NCBI GenBank assembly: GCA_903859375.1
Contig: CAIOMK010000033.1
Location: forward strand, 1-51,601
Source of the DNA: Candidatus Moraniibacteriota bacterium
Lineage (GTDB): Bacteria; Patescibacteriota; Minisyncoccia; Moranbacterales; UBA1568
Length of the DNA stretch: 51,601 bases
Direction of reading: 5' to 3'
In this document: positions 1-9,189 of the stretch, one piece after another
Layout of the letters: each line of letters opens with the position of its first letter
Position numbering within the stretch: position 1 is the first letter of the stretch
Notes under the pieces: generated by a model
The model's database searches: none
The model's input: only the letters and a program-made list of their open reading frames with translations
What the model was told of the DNA's origin: nothing
Position numbers and translations under genes: made by a program

Positions 1-30
1 AGTCACAAGTCACTAGTCGAAAGTCAACAG
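1..30 (+). repeat. Heptanucleotide array (AGTCACA AGTCACT AGTCGAA AGTCAAC), member of the dispersed AGTCGAA-type family
   Basis: Four consecutive 7-nt units with AGTC in fixed phase. The same motif recurs at more than 10 other sites in the window. Confidence 0.8.
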
Positions 31-100
31 CGGGAACGGGAACGGGAACGGGAACGGGAACGGGAACGGGAACGGGAACGGGAACGGGAACGGGAACGGA
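31..100 (+). repeat. Perfect hexanucleotide tandem repeat (CGGGAA) x11 plus a partial unit
   Basis: Direct reading gives cgggaa repeated without interruption from 31 to 96, then cgga. It directly follows the heptad array. Confidence 0.95.
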
Positions 101-250
101 GAGCGATAACCAATTTCCAATGTACAGAAAAAAGTGGACTGGGAGGATGGCAAAACGTGCCCGGCCCGTTATTTATCATGTCATCTCTGACTTGGTGTTC
201 ATGGGAAAAACAGTTTATAATGACTGAATATAAGCAGTAAACGTACTCAT

Positions 251-610
251 ATGGATTTTTCTCCCGAAGATTCCGTGCCGGAACAAGAAGATCAGAAGTC
301 GTCGGCGCAGGAACGATTGAACACGATAAATAAGGAGATCAAACAGGCTGCCGATAATTTCGAATTCGATAAATTGCCGGCGCTCGCCGAGTGGGCGAAA
401 GCATTGCAAGAAGAGATGGGGAAAGAGGCTTCCGGCGAGGGTTCGGCAGTGGAACGACCGCAGTCGGTCGAGCCGGCCGAACCGACCGTGAATGAGACCG
501 CCGAGCGGGAGGCTCAACAGCTTGCGGATAAGGAGAGTATTTCGACCGACGAGGCGAATGCCGCCGCGCGCGCGGAACGGATCAAGAGCGGAGGTCCGTT
601 GGGCGTGTAA
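251..610 (+). CDS. Hypothetical acidic protein (119 aa)
   Basis: ATG-initiated ORF with an E/A/K-rich, coiled-coil-like composition, followed by the hairpin terminator at 689-720. No family recognised. Confidence 0.5.
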   Translation: MDFSPEDSVPEQEDQKSSAQERLNTINKEIKQAADNFEFDKLPALAEWAKALQEEMGKEASGEGSAVERPQSVEPAEPTVNETAEREAQQLADKESISTDEANAAARAERIKSGGPLGV

Positions 611-688
611 GTGGTGAAAAATGCGGAGTATGAATCGCGTCTCACATTGGCGACTTGAATGTGGGATTCTCGATTGAAGGATATTTCA

Positions 689-720
689 AAAACACTCCCC
701 ATACGGGGAGTGTTTTCGTC
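689..720. terminator. Bidirectional intrinsic terminator between convergent genes
   Basis: aaaacactcccc-atac-ggggagtgtttt is a 12-bp perfect stem with an A-run on one side and a T-run on the other. It lies between the 251..610 (+) gene and the miaA (-) stop at 721. Confidence 0.85.
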
Positions 721-1653
721 TCAATCGTGGCGCCAGTCGATATGTATACCACGGCGTTCGAGTCGGCGAAGCGATGACATCTGACGTTTGGCATAATACC
801 GGCTGTCTTTGAGGAGTGCCGTTTCCATATCTTCGCGGGAGAGGGTGCCTTGGAGAAATCGGGTACACCATCGGTATTCGAGGCCGAAGCCGTCGAGGCG
901 TTTCCATGACAGCCCATCTTGTTCATGAAGCCGTTTCACTTCCTCAATCATACCTTGTTCAAGCCTTTCTTTGAGTCTTTTTTCAATGCGTCCATGCAGT
1001 ATGTCCTTCGGCAAATCGATCCCAATACACTGAAAATCCTCTGACTTTCGACTTTCGACTTTTGACTCGTGACTGTTGTCTGGAACCTTTCCGAGGGTCG
1101 CGATGATTTCGAGCGCGCGTATGAGACGGACCTTGTTGTGCCGGTCGATGGTTTCCGCGCGGTCGGGATCCTTTTCGGAAAGCAACGTGAACAGCTCGGG
1201 TGCCGTCAGTTTCGCGAGTTGTTTGCGGAGAGCCGGGTCCGGCTTCACTTCGGGGAACTCGGTATCGAAGACGAGTGCCTCGATCCAGAAGCTCGTCCCG
1301 CCACAGATGATCGGTACCTTGCCACGCTTCCGTATGTCCGCGATTGCCTCTTTCGCATCACGGAGAAAGTGCGTGACGGTATAGGACCGTTTCGGTGACG
1401 CGATATCGAGCAGATGATGCTGAATTCCGCCCGAAACGAATGTAGCACAATGACTTTCGACTTTCGACTTTCGACTTTCTGACTGGACAGGAAAATCCCT
1501 TGGGATTTTTCCTGTCCCTATATCCATCCCGCGATACACCTGTCGCGAGTCGGCGGAAATAATCTCGCCACCGATTTCATGGGCGAGTTTGATAGCGAAG
1601 TCTGATTTTCCCGACGCGGTCGGCCCGACGATGACAGGAATAGTCATAAACAT
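721..1653 (-). CDS. miaA: tRNA dimethylallyltransferase (MiaA/IPP transferase)
   Basis: P-loop VIVGPTASGKS near the N-terminus, then SADSRQVYRGMDIGTGK, HHLLD and GGTSFWIEAL motifs. The start is taken at the MFMTIPV Met, because the upstream ORF extension is read-through of a repeat array. Confidence 0.9.
   Translation of the reverse strand: MFMTIPVIVGPTASGKSDFAIKLAHEIGGEIISADSRQVYRGMDIGTGKIPRDFPVQSESRKSKVESHCATFVSGGIQHHLLDIASPKRSYTVTHFLRDAKEAIADIRKRGKVPIICGGTSFWIEALVFDTEFPEVKPDPALRKQLAKLTAPELFTLLSEKDPDRAETIDRHNKVRLIRALEIIATLGKVPDNSHESKVESRKSEDFQCIGIDLPKDILHGRIEKRLKERLEQGMIEEVKRLHEQDGLSWKRLDGFGLEYRWCTRFLQGTLSREDMETALLKDSRYYAKRQMSSLRRLERRGIHIDWRHD
1042..1075 (-). repeat. Heptad array embedded in frame in the miaA CDS (encodes SHESKVESRKSE)
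   Basis: Plus strand reads tgactttcgactttcgacttttgactcgtgactg. On the coding strand this is AGTCACG AGTCAAA AGTCGAA AGTCGAA AGTCA. Confidence 0.9.
1451..1486 (-). repeat. Heptad array embedded in frame in the miaA CDS (encodes QSESRKSKVESH)
   Basis: Plus strand reads tgactttcgactttcgactttcgactttctgactgg. On the coding strand this is AGTCAGA then AGTCGAA x3. Confidence 0.9.
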
Positions 1654-1692
1654 GAAGTGTAAAGTGTAAAGTGCAAAGCGAAAAGTGAAAAA
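1654..1692. repeat. Degenerate heptad array abutting the miaA start codon
   Basis: gaagtgt aaagtgt aaagtgc aaagcga aaagtga aaaa. On the miaA strand this is a T-rich CACTTTA-type array ending at the ATG. Confidence 0.75.
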
Positions 1693-1792
1693 TAAGAGAC
1701 GACGACAGCGATCAATTTCGAATTTTGAAATCGGGATCAATCTTTGACCTTACAAACTTTATAACTTTATAAACGTTACGAACTCCTTATCG

Positions 1793-4700
1793 TCATCTGA
1801 TACCCCGTACCCCGTGCATCGTGACCAGCCGTTCCCGTGTCGCGTCGTCGATCGTGACCGAGAACGCGGTGCGCACGGTCTGTCCGGCGACCGACAGGAA
1901 TATCCGCGTGAGACCTTTCGGCAAAGCACCGAAGAGTGAAGAGAGTTCGCCGAGCGCGGCGGCGGCGGATGCTTCGTCGAGGGCGATCGTGATCTGTTCT
2001 TCCGGGCCGGGTACCGTATTGTGATCGGAACCGTTTTGCCGTTCCGGTTTGCGATTCTTCTCGCGGGTGAATTTGAGCGACCGGTATCGGTCCACTTCGG
2101 CCTCGTCGAGCTTTTGTCCGGACTCGGCCATGACTTTGGTCGATCCGTCCCGACGGTTCACTTTTCCTTCGACGACGATGATACCGTCCTCCGCCCACAA
2201 TGTCTCGGTCTCGGCCGCGACACGGGGGAATACGAGGACTTCGATCCGTCCCGTGAGATCTTCGATACCGACAAAATACATCGGCTGACCGTTTTTGGAA
2301 AGGATTTTCTTGGACGTGGCAACCACACCGCCGAGGCGGACCGTCGCGCCGTCCGCGAGTTTTTCTATCGAGGCGACCGGTGTCGCGACCTCTTTCAGAT
2401 AGTCATCATAGTCCGAGACCGGATGGTCGGAGATGTAGAGTCCGATCAGCTCCTTCTCCCATGCGAGACGCTCCTTCTTCGTCGAGGGGCGCGCAGGCGG
2501 GACGAAGCGGATGGTCGGCTTGTCGAGAGAGAGCCCGCCGAAGAGGCTGTCCTGATGCGAGTCTTTGATCTTGTCGATGTTTTTGGAGAACGAGAGGATG
2601 GCGTCGATATTGGAAAGGAGCATATTCCGTTCCCCGAAAGCGTCGAGTGCGCCGACCTTGGCGAGTGCTTCGAGTGATTTCTTGTTGAGATCCTTGCTCC
2701 GTACATTTTCGAGAAGGCTTTCCAGTGTCTTGTAGCTCCCGTGCTCCTTCCGGACGCGGACGATTTCGAGTGCGGCCGGTTTGCCGACATTTTTGACGGC
2801 GTTCAGTCCGAACCGGATGCGATCGTGGCCGTCCTCCCCGTGTATCACGGCGAATTCCTCGAAGCTCTCGTTCACGTCCGGTGCGAGGACTTCGACGCCG
2901 ATCTGCCGGCTCTCCTCGACCTCGATGGCGATGCGGTCGGTGTCGCTCTGATCGCTTGTCAGTAGGGCAGCCATGAATTCCGCCGGATAATGCGCTTTGA
3001 GGAAGGCGGTCTGATATCCGACGAGTGCGTAACAGGCGGCATGGGACCGGTTGAATCCGTATCCGGCGAACGGTTCGATGAAGGCAAAGACTTTCTCCGC
3101 GATCTTTTTCTGGATGCCGTTCTCGATACAACGGATGATAAATTTCTCGCGCTGTTCGGCGACGAGTTCCTTGATCTTTTTGCCGACCGCTTTTCGGAGC
3201 ACGTCCGCTTCGCCCAAGGAGAACCCTGCGAGATCGCGACCGATCTGCATCAGCTGTTCCTGATAGACCGCGACACCGTAGGTATTGCGGAGGATCGGTT
3301 CGAGTTTGGGATGGAGATATTTGATTTCCTTGCGTCCGTGCTTGCCGTCGATGAAGTCGGGGATATAGTCCATCGGTCCCGGACGGTACAGGGCGACCAT
3401 AGCGATGATATCCTCGAACACGGTCGGCTTGAGCTGTTTGAGATAGCGTTTCATGCCGTTGGATTCGAGCTGGAACACGCCGGTCGTGCGGGCTTCCTGC
3501 AAGAGTGTGTAGGTCTTCTCGTCGTCGAGAGGGATATGATCCATCACATCGGATGCTGATCCGGTCACCGGGTCGATGCCGATCCGCTCCGCCAAGTCTG
3601 GGAACTTGTCGAGTGCGCGGATGATGCGGACGGTGTTTTGGATGATGGTGAGGTTCTTGAGTCCGAGGAAGTCCATCTTGAGGAGGCCGATCTTCTCTAC
3701 TGCGGAAAGCTTGGATGACGAGGCATATTGCGTGACAGCCGAATCGCCGTGACCGGCCACTTTCTGCAACGGGGAATATGCGGTGACCGGGTCCTTGGTG
3801 ATGACGACGCCACAGGCGTGAACCGACGCGTGCCGCGCATTGCCTTCGAGCTTGCGTGCGGTGTCGATGATGCGCTTCGCGTCGGCATTGCCCTCATAGA
3901 GCGTCTTGAGATCGGGAACTTCCTCCACGGCTTTCGAGAGCGACGTGAACATCGGTATGAGTTTCGATATCTGGTCGCAGAAGGAATACGGGAAGCCCAG
4001 TGCCCGCCCGGTATCCCGGATGGCCGCTTTGGCCGCCATGGTCCCGAAGGTGATGATCTGTGCGACATGATCGCGTCCGAACCGCTCCCGTACATATTCA
4101 AGCACGTCGTCCCGACGGTCATCGGCGAAGTCCATGTCGACGTCCGGCATCGAGATACGTTCCGGGTTGAGGAACCGCTCGAAGAGGAGGTCATATTTGA
4201 TCGGGTCGATGTTTGTGATGCCGGTCAGGTAGGCGACGAGTGATCCGGCAGCCGAACCTCGGCCTGGTCCCACGACGATGCCATTCAACTTCGCCCAGTT
4301 CACGAAGTCCTGGACGATGAGGAAGTATGACGCGAAACCGGTCTTCTTGATGACATCGAGTTCGAAATCCATGCGCTCACGATGCGAGGCGGGAATCGTC
4401 CCTTCCCCGTATCGCCGTATGAGCCCCTCTTCGCAGAGTTCGAGCAGGTACGTCTCATCGGTCTTGCCTTCGGGCACGTCGAAATGAGGGAGTTGCGTCT
4501 CGCCGAGACGGATCTTCACATTGCAGGCATCGGCGATTTTTTTGGTGTTTTCGATCGCGCCGGGATAATCCTTGAACAGTTCTTCCATCTCTTGCGGACT
4601 CCGGAAAGAGAGATCGAGGTGGGTCATCCGGGGACGATTTTCCTGGTTCACCGTCCAGTTGTTCTGGATACAGAGCAGGATGTCGTGCGTATCGCGGTCT

Positions 4701-5341
4701 TCGGGTCGCAGGTAAAAGGAATCGGCTGCCGCTACGAGCGGGATGCCGGTTTCCTCGTTCATCTGGCGCAGTCCCGCATTGACGGCCGCCTGACTCTCGA
4801 AGTCGACGTTCGGACCGAGTTCGAGATAGAAGTTGCCTTCGCCGAATATGGTCTGATAATCGAGGGCGATCGCCTTGGCAGCCTCGTAATTGTCGTAGAT
4901 GAGGTTCGCTGGTATTTCTCCGGTCATGTTGCCGGAAAGGGCGATGAGTCCCTCACCGTATTTTTTGAGCAGGGCCTTGTCGACGCGGGCCTTGTAATAG
5001 AATCCGTCGAGCTGGCCGATCGAGATGAGTTGGAGAAGATTGAGATAACCACGCTCGTTTTTCGCAAGCAGGACGATGGTGTTTCTCGGTCGGTCGTCGG
5101 GAGACGAGGTTTTGCTCGTGTGATCTTTCACGACATAGAGCTCGACGCCGATGATGGCTTTGATGCCGGCGTCCTTGGCATGCACGTAGAACTCGACCGC
5201 ACCATACATGTTGGACGTGTCGGTCAGTGCAAGCGATGTCATCCCGTACTTTTTCGCTTCCGCGATAAGGTCGTCGACCTTGGGCAGGGCGTTCAAAAGC
5301 GAGAAATGGGAGTGGACGTGGAGGTGGACGAAATCGGACAT
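1793..5341 (-). CDS. dnaE: DNA polymerase III alpha subunit (1182 aa)
   Basis: N-terminal PHP motif FVHLHVHSHFSLL. Full-length uninterrupted ORF with Pol III alpha palm/fingers-type sequence (PDVDMDF, GLLKMDFLGL) and a C-terminal OB-like region. Confidence 0.97.
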   Translation of the reverse strand: MSDFVHLHVHSHFSLLNALPKVDDLIAEAKKYGMTSLALTDTSNMYGAVEFYVHAKDAGIKAIIGVELYVVKDHTSKTSSPDDRPRNTIVLLAKNERGYLNLLQLISIGQLDGFYYKARVDKALLKKYGEGLIALSGNMTGEIPANLIYDNYEAAKAIALDYQTIFGEGNFYLELGPNVDFESQAAVNAGLRQMNEETGIPLVAAADSFYLRPEDRDTHDILLCIQNNWTVNQENRPRMTHLDLSFRSPQEMEELFKDYPGAIENTKKIADACNVKIRLGETQLPHFDVPEGKTDETYLLELCEEGLIRRYGEGTIPASHRERMDFELDVIKKTGFASYFLIVQDFVNWAKLNGIVVGPGRGSAAGSLVAYLTGITNIDPIKYDLLFERFLNPERISMPDVDMDFADDRRDDVLEYVRERFGRDHVAQIITFGTMAAKAAIRDTGRALGFPYSFCDQISKLIPMFTSLSKAVEEVPDLKTLYEGNADAKRIIDTARKLEGNARHASVHACGVVITKDPVTAYSPLQKVAGHGDSAVTQYASSSKLSAVEKIGLLKMDFLGLKNLTIIQNTVRIIRALDKFPDLAERIGIDPVTGSASDVMDHIPLDDEKTYTLLQEARTTGVFQLESNGMKRYLKQLKPTVFEDIIAMVALYRPGPMDYIPDFIDGKHGRKEIKYLHPKLEPILRNTYGVAVYQEQLMQIGRDLAGFSLGEADVLRKAVGKKIKELVAEQREKFIIRCIENGIQKKIAEKVFAFIEPFAGYGFNRSHAACYALVGYQTAFLKAHYPAEFMAALLTSDQSDTDRIAIEVEESRQIGVEVLAPDVNESFEEFAVIHGEDGHDRIRFGLNAVKNVGKPAALEIVRVRKEHGSYKTLESLLENVRSKDLNKKSLEALAKVGALDAFGERNMLLSNIDAILSFSKNIDKIKDSHQDSLFGGLSLDKPTIRFVPPARPSTKKERLAWEKELIGLYISDHPVSDYDDYLKEVATPVASIEKLADGATVRLGGVVATSKKILSKNGQPMYFVGIEDLTGRIEVLVFPRVAAETETLWAEDGIIVVEGKVNRRDGSTKVMAESGQKLDEAEVDRYRSLKFTREKNRKPERQNGSDHNTVPGPEEQITIALDEASAAAALGELSSLFGALPKGLTRIFLSVAGQTVRTAFSVTIDDATRERLVTMHGVRGIR

Positions 5342-5349
5342 AAGGAGGA

Positions 5350-5494
5350 GTCTAAAGTGAAAAGCCGGAGAATAGTTACAAGTCGAAAGTCGAAAGTCGG
5401 AGAATAGTTACAAGTCGAAAGTCGAAAGTCTATAGTCAAAATCGGGAATGGAGACAAGGAGGGGAATTAAGAGTCGAAAGTCGGGAATGGGAAA
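5350..5494 (+). repeat. Composite heptad array with a 32-bp duplication and G-tract tail
   Basis: ggagaatagttacaagtcgaaagtcgaaagtc occurs twice in tandem (5367-5398 and 5399-5430). It is followed by tatagtcaaaatcgggaatggagac...gagtcgaaagtcgggaatgggaaaat. Confidence 0.9.
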
Positions 5495-5559
5495 ATAAAA
5501 AACGCCTGTCCGGATAGGAAGAGACGCTCGAGATGATCGGATAGTAGTGGCCATATTTT

Positions 5560-5660
5560 TGCGCTTCCCCCGTACGCCGGCTTGCGCCCTGGCTTCCGCG
5601 AGGAAGATTACTTCCTCTCCAGGATATCACGGGGGCCGTTTCCTGTCATCCTCGCGGAAA
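5560..5660. ncRNA. Candidate structured RNA element of unknown class (strand undetermined)
   Basis: Nested pairings: cccccgt (5567-5573) with acggggg (about 5629-5636), cctgg with ccagg, and hairpin gaggaag-atta-cttcctc. It lies upstream of a TATACT -10-like box (5676-5681) for rnhB, so it is probably not the rnhB leader. Confidence 0.25.
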
Positions 5661-5719
5661 AGGCCGGTGTGGTTGTATACTGGTGTCAGATAACCCTTCT
5701 TAGCCCTGTTTTCAACCGT

Positions 5720-6409
5720 ATGACCCCAGAATCACTCTTCGATTTTGAAAAGCTGAGACACTCGCCCAGCGGAATGATCATCGTCGGGATCGACGAGGCG
5801 GGCAGGGGACCGTTGGCCGGGCCGGTCGTGGCGGCCGCGGCGTCGTATCGCGATCAGACATCGTTTGCCGTGGCGGAAGAATTGGAAAAGAAATTCCGGT
5901 TTGTCCGCGATTCCAAGACGCTTTCCGAAAAGAAGCGTGAGGAGATGTATGATTTCATACGGGAGCATTTCCAGATCGGCATCGGTATCGTGACGGCCGA
6001 GACGATCGATCGCGTCAATATCCTACAGGCCACGTTCCTCGCCATGAATGATGCGGTGACCGACCTTCGGAAGACGCTCGGAGTGACGGATTCCGGAATC
6101 CTGCTTCTCGTAGACGGGAATCAGAAAATCCCGAATCTTTCCGTCGCGCAGGAAACGGTGGTCGGCGGGGATGCGCTCGTACGGTCTATCGCGGCGGCAT
6201 CGATCATCGCCAAAGTGACGCGGGACAGGATGATGGCAGAATATGACACGGTATATCCGGTGTACGGATTCGCAAAACACAAGGGGTACGGGACCAAGGA
6301 ACACATGGACGCACTCAAAAGATTCGGCGCCTGTCCGATCCATCGTATGAGTTTCAAACCGGTCTTCTATTCCGTTCCGGAGAACGTGAACAGGAATTTG
6401 TTGAAATAG
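5720..6409 (+). CDS. rnhB: Ribonuclease HII
   Basis: GIDEAGRGPLAGPVV catalytic motif, DSKTLSEKKRE, and SIIAKVTRDRMM...KGYGT. The start is moved to the ATG at 5720, because the upstream 46 codons of the ORF look non-coding. Confidence 0.9.
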   Translation: MTPESLFDFEKLRHSPSGMIIVGIDEAGRGPLAGPVVAAAASYRDQTSFAVAEELEKKFRFVRDSKTLSEKKREEMYDFIREHFQIGIGIVTAETIDRVNILQATFLAMNDAVTDLRKTLGVTDSGILLLVDGNQKIPNLSVAQETVVGGDALVRSIAAASIIAKVTRDRMMAEYDTVYPVYGFAKHKGYGTKEHMDALKRFGACPIHRMSFKPVFYSVPENVNRNLLK

Positions 6410-6494
6410 TTCATAAAGCATGCCCCGTGGTCGTGTTTCACGACTGTGCAGGGTCCATCGCATCAAAAAACCGTACAGCCTTTGATGGATTTCA

Positions 6495-6512
6495 GGCTTT
6501 CGACTTGTGACT
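6495..6512 (-). repeat. Short heptad array at the stop codon of the exonuclease gene
   Basis: ggctttcgacttgtgact on plus, which is AGTCACA AGTCGAA AGCC on the gene strand immediately after the TAG. Confidence 0.6.
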
Positions 6513-7062
6513 ATTTCTGGATATATCGGAGGAGTTTCCCGTACGTTTCATGAAGGAGTTGCGCATCATTCAGCGCATGGTGCATCCGGCGGTGCGTCGA
6601 CGGTTCGACACCGATCGCTTCGGAGAGAAGCCGGTCGTTTTCGAGCAGGTTCGACGGGTTGAATCCGGCTGTGAAGAGCATGGAAGCGAAATCGATCGGG
6701 TATCGGCTGAAGGGACGCTCGCTGTCGCCGAAGAGTTTGTGGACGAAGACGGTGTCGAAATGGCTCACATAGGAGACGAGATACGGTTCTCCTTTGCCGA
6801 TGAACTCCCTGATCTTGTCGCAGGCTTCTTTGGGAGAAATCCCGTTTCCATCAAGCATCGGCAGGATGTTCGCCGTGACCCATTCATCCGACAGGGCGCG
6901 GTCACGCGTGATTTCGAGATAGAGCTCCTCGCCGGACGGTTTCACGAACGCGACCGAGAGAATCTCTCCGTTCTTGGGATGAAGCGACGTGAATTCAGCG
7001 TCAAAAAAAATGATATTTTCGGAAAAGACAGTATGTGACATATGATTTTGGTATGAATCCAT
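6511..7062 (-). CDS. DEDDh-type 3'-5' exonuclease (DnaQ/RNase T-like fold)
   Basis: Exo I-like FFDAEFTSL and Exo III-like HHALNDAQLL (H-x4-D). The 183-aa single-domain size fits. Confidence 0.7.
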   Translation of the reverse strand: MDSYQNHMSHTVFSENIIFFDAEFTSLHPKNGEILSVAFVKPSGEELYLEITRDRALSDEWVTANILPMLDGNGISPKEACDKIREFIGKGEPYLVSYVSHFDTVFVHKLFGDSERPFSRYPIDFASMLFTAGFNPSNLLENDRLLSEAIGVEPSTHRRMHHALNDAQLLHETYGKLLRYIQK

Positions 7063-7279
7063 TCTTTTCCCATAGTATCGTTCAAATCGTCACTTGAGGC
7101 AAGGAACGCCGGTGCCCCTTTCATTATTATCGGTTTTGTGTCTATAATAGGCGCGCTGGAGTATTCCTGTCTTTTTTTTACCATCGTATCGTTTTTATTG
7201 CCCTTTTGAGCCATTGGTCTGTATACGGTCTGTATTCGGACTCCACAGTGGCTCTTGTAGGAATTCGTAACGAAAGCAT

Positions 7280-8155
7280 ATGTCGAAATATTGTCATTTC
7301 AATGGGAAAGTAGTGCCCGTGGAAGATGCGCATATCAGTCCGCGAGACCTCGGGTTTTTGCGGGGGTATGCGGTGTATGACGTGATGCCGGTAGTGAACG
7401 GTGAGCCATTTCTGTTTGATGAGCATTGGAAACGATTTGAGCGGTCCTCGTCCGACCTCGGTTTGAAGGTGCCTGTTTCGGCTGACGAGGCGAGGGAGAT
7501 CGTTCGGGAGCTGATCCGTCGTCATGATTATGAGACGATGATCGTCCGGACGGTATTGTCCGGAGGTCCGAGCGAAAATGGTTTCCTTCCCGAAGGGGAT
7601 GAGACGTTTTGTGTGATGATCGAGGAAACGGCTCCGTTGCCGAGGGAACTGTACGAAAAGGGTGGCAAGGTGATCACACTCGGCTATCGGCGCACATTGC
7701 CGAGCTCCCGGACGGCGGATTTCATCGTGCCTCTCAAGGAGCGTGAACGGAAACTTGCCGAGAATGCGGTCGAGATCCTCTATGTGCATGGTGGCAAGGT
7801 GCTCGAGGCGTCTACAAGCAATTTTTTCATCGTCAAAGACGGTGAGATCCGGACAACGGGTCATGGACCCCGTTCCGGTGTGACGAGGAACCTCGTCGTC
7901 CGTCTCGCAAAGGGTGCCGGTATCGAGGTGAAGGAGCACGGACTCTTCGAGGGAGACCTCCGTTCCTGTGACGAGGCATTCCTTACGGCTTCGAACAAGC
8001 TTATCGTCCCGATTGTCCAGGTGAACTCATATCCGGTCGGAAACGGCGAAGTCGGTCCGGTGACGCGTCGGTTGCTCTCCATCATGGACGGGTTTATGAA
8101 GTCGTATGGACCGGATTCGGATCAGAGTCTGCCGGGAGAGTCTCCGTTGAGATAG
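7280..8155 (+). CDS. Class IV (fold type IV) aminotransferase, BCAT/D-amino-acid aminotransferase-like
   Basis: N-terminal pattern NGK.VP.EDA.IS..D.GFLRGY.VYD, plus LEASTSNFFIV and GVTR motifs typical of the family. Substrate is not assignable. Confidence 0.8.
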   Translation: MSKYCHFNGKVVPVEDAHISPRDLGFLRGYAVYDVMPVVNGEPFLFDEHWKRFERSSSDLGLKVPVSADEAREIVRELIRRHDYETMIVRTVLSGGPSENGFLPEGDETFCVMIEETAPLPRELYEKGGKVITLGYRRTLPSSRTADFIVPLKERERKLAENAVEILYVHGGKVLEASTSNFFIVKDGEIRTTGHGPRSGVTRNLVVRLAKGAGIEVKEHGLFEGDLRSCDEAFLTASNKLIVPIVQVNSYPVGNGEVGPVTRRLLSIMDGFMKSYGPDSDQSLPGESPLR

Positions 8156-8331
8156 GAAAGGAACCCGGACACTTGCCAAGCGCAAAGAAGAGTGTTACTT
8201 TGGTTTAGTAGCTTATTTTACGCCTCACTGCGAGAATCGAGGACGAATGTGGTGTATTACTCGATATAAGACGTAAGACAACCTCCAAAGAGTTGTAGAA
8301 GTCTGGTTTTATCCGTTTTTAGCAGATTGTT

Positions 8332-8541
8332 ATGGCATTGCCGAAGCAACGACACACACGACACCGAAGGGACCGGGCCCGTCGCGAGTTGGAGATGACC
8401 CCGACGAAGACCGTTACGTGTCCGAAGTGTGCGGCACCGATTCTTCCCCATCACGCGTGTCCGAAATGCGGCGAATATCGCGGACGCGTCGTCATCAAAA
8501 AGGCTCTCCCGAAACTCGTAAAAGCGAAGAAAGCGGAGTAA
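8332..8541 (+). CDS. rpmF: 50S ribosomal protein L32
   Basis: MALPKQRHTRHRRDRARR N-terminus and a CPKC...CPKCG zinc-ribbon pair. Confidence 0.9.
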   Translation: MALPKQRHTRHRRDRARRELEMTPTKTVTCPKCAAPILPHHACPKCGEYRGRVVIKKALPKLVKAKKAE

Positions 8542-8589
8542 CCGCCTTTCTTTCTTTTTGAGAACACTAACAAACATTGTTCCTTTCAT

Positions 8590-9153
8590 ATGGCAAACCG
8601 TCATCTGCAACGCTCCGTCTCCATGCAATCCCTCTTCGAGTGGGATTTCAAGGGATGCCCGGAGGATATCGCTCTGGATATCGTGAAGCACAACCTGCTC
8701 GAGTTCGCACCCGGACTCGAAGGAGGAGGCTTCTCATCCCGTTTGGTGGAAGGCGTCGTGAAGGAACATGATACGATCGATCGGCTTATCGAGAAGTGTG
8801 CCCCGGAGTGGCCACTCGAACAGATCGCTTCCGTGGACCGTTCCATCCTCCGTCTCGGTATCTTCGAACTTCTGTTCGGGGACTATGACGAGGTTCCCCC
8901 GAAGGTCGCCATCAACGAGGCTATCGAACTCGCGAAATCATTCGGATCCGACAGCTCGCCGAAATTCGTGAACGGTGTCTTGGGAACGATCTATCGTGAA
9001 ATGGGTGAGCCGATGAAGGACGATTCCTCGGAGAAGCGCAAAGAGAGACTTGAATCGTGGCAAGGCAAGCAGGTCGGGAAACCGCCGGTCGCGCCGAAAT
9101 CGGATACGGTCGTTTCGGAATCAGTCGGCGACGATACTCCGGTGGTCGGGTAG
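8590..9153 (+). CDS. nusB: Transcription antitermination factor NusB with a C-terminal extension of about 45 aa
   Basis: SRELAMQ-type start ([16 protein letters not shown]) and a [15 protein letters not shown] motif. Confidence 0.85.
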   Translation: MANRHLQRSVSMQSLFEWDFKGCPEDIALDIVKHNLLEFAPGLEGGGFSSRLVEGVVKEHDTIDRLIEKCAPEWPLEQIASVDRSILRLGIFELLFGDYDEVPPKVAINEAIELAKSFGSDSSPKFVNGVLGTIYREMGEPMKDDSSEKRKERLESWQGKQVGKPPVAPKSDTVVSESVGDDTPVVG

Positions 9154-9189
9154 GAGTTATATTTTTCCATCATGTCTCTCACTTGATTC

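Noticed and set aside
4382-5407. 341-aa plus-strand ORF (and 2021..2677, 2990..3559, 3728..4243) opposite dnaE
   Set aside because: These are antisense shadow ORFs inside a full-length, motif-rich dnaE. The tail of 4382..5407 is read-through of the stop-free heptad repeat.
5560-5660. SRP (4.5S) RNA
   Set aside because: Neither strand shows the conserved domain IV features (GNRA tetraloop flanked by AGCA/GGAA-type symmetric loop). The terminal loop is AUUA/UAAU.
5582-5719. N-terminal extension of rnhB
   Set aside because: The 46 extra residues cover the structured non-coding element and a -10-like box. RNase HII homology begins after the Met at 5720.
7178-7939. 253-aa minus-strand ORF opposite the aminotransferase gene
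   Set aside because: It has no motifs. The plus-strand class IV aminotransferase is well supported.
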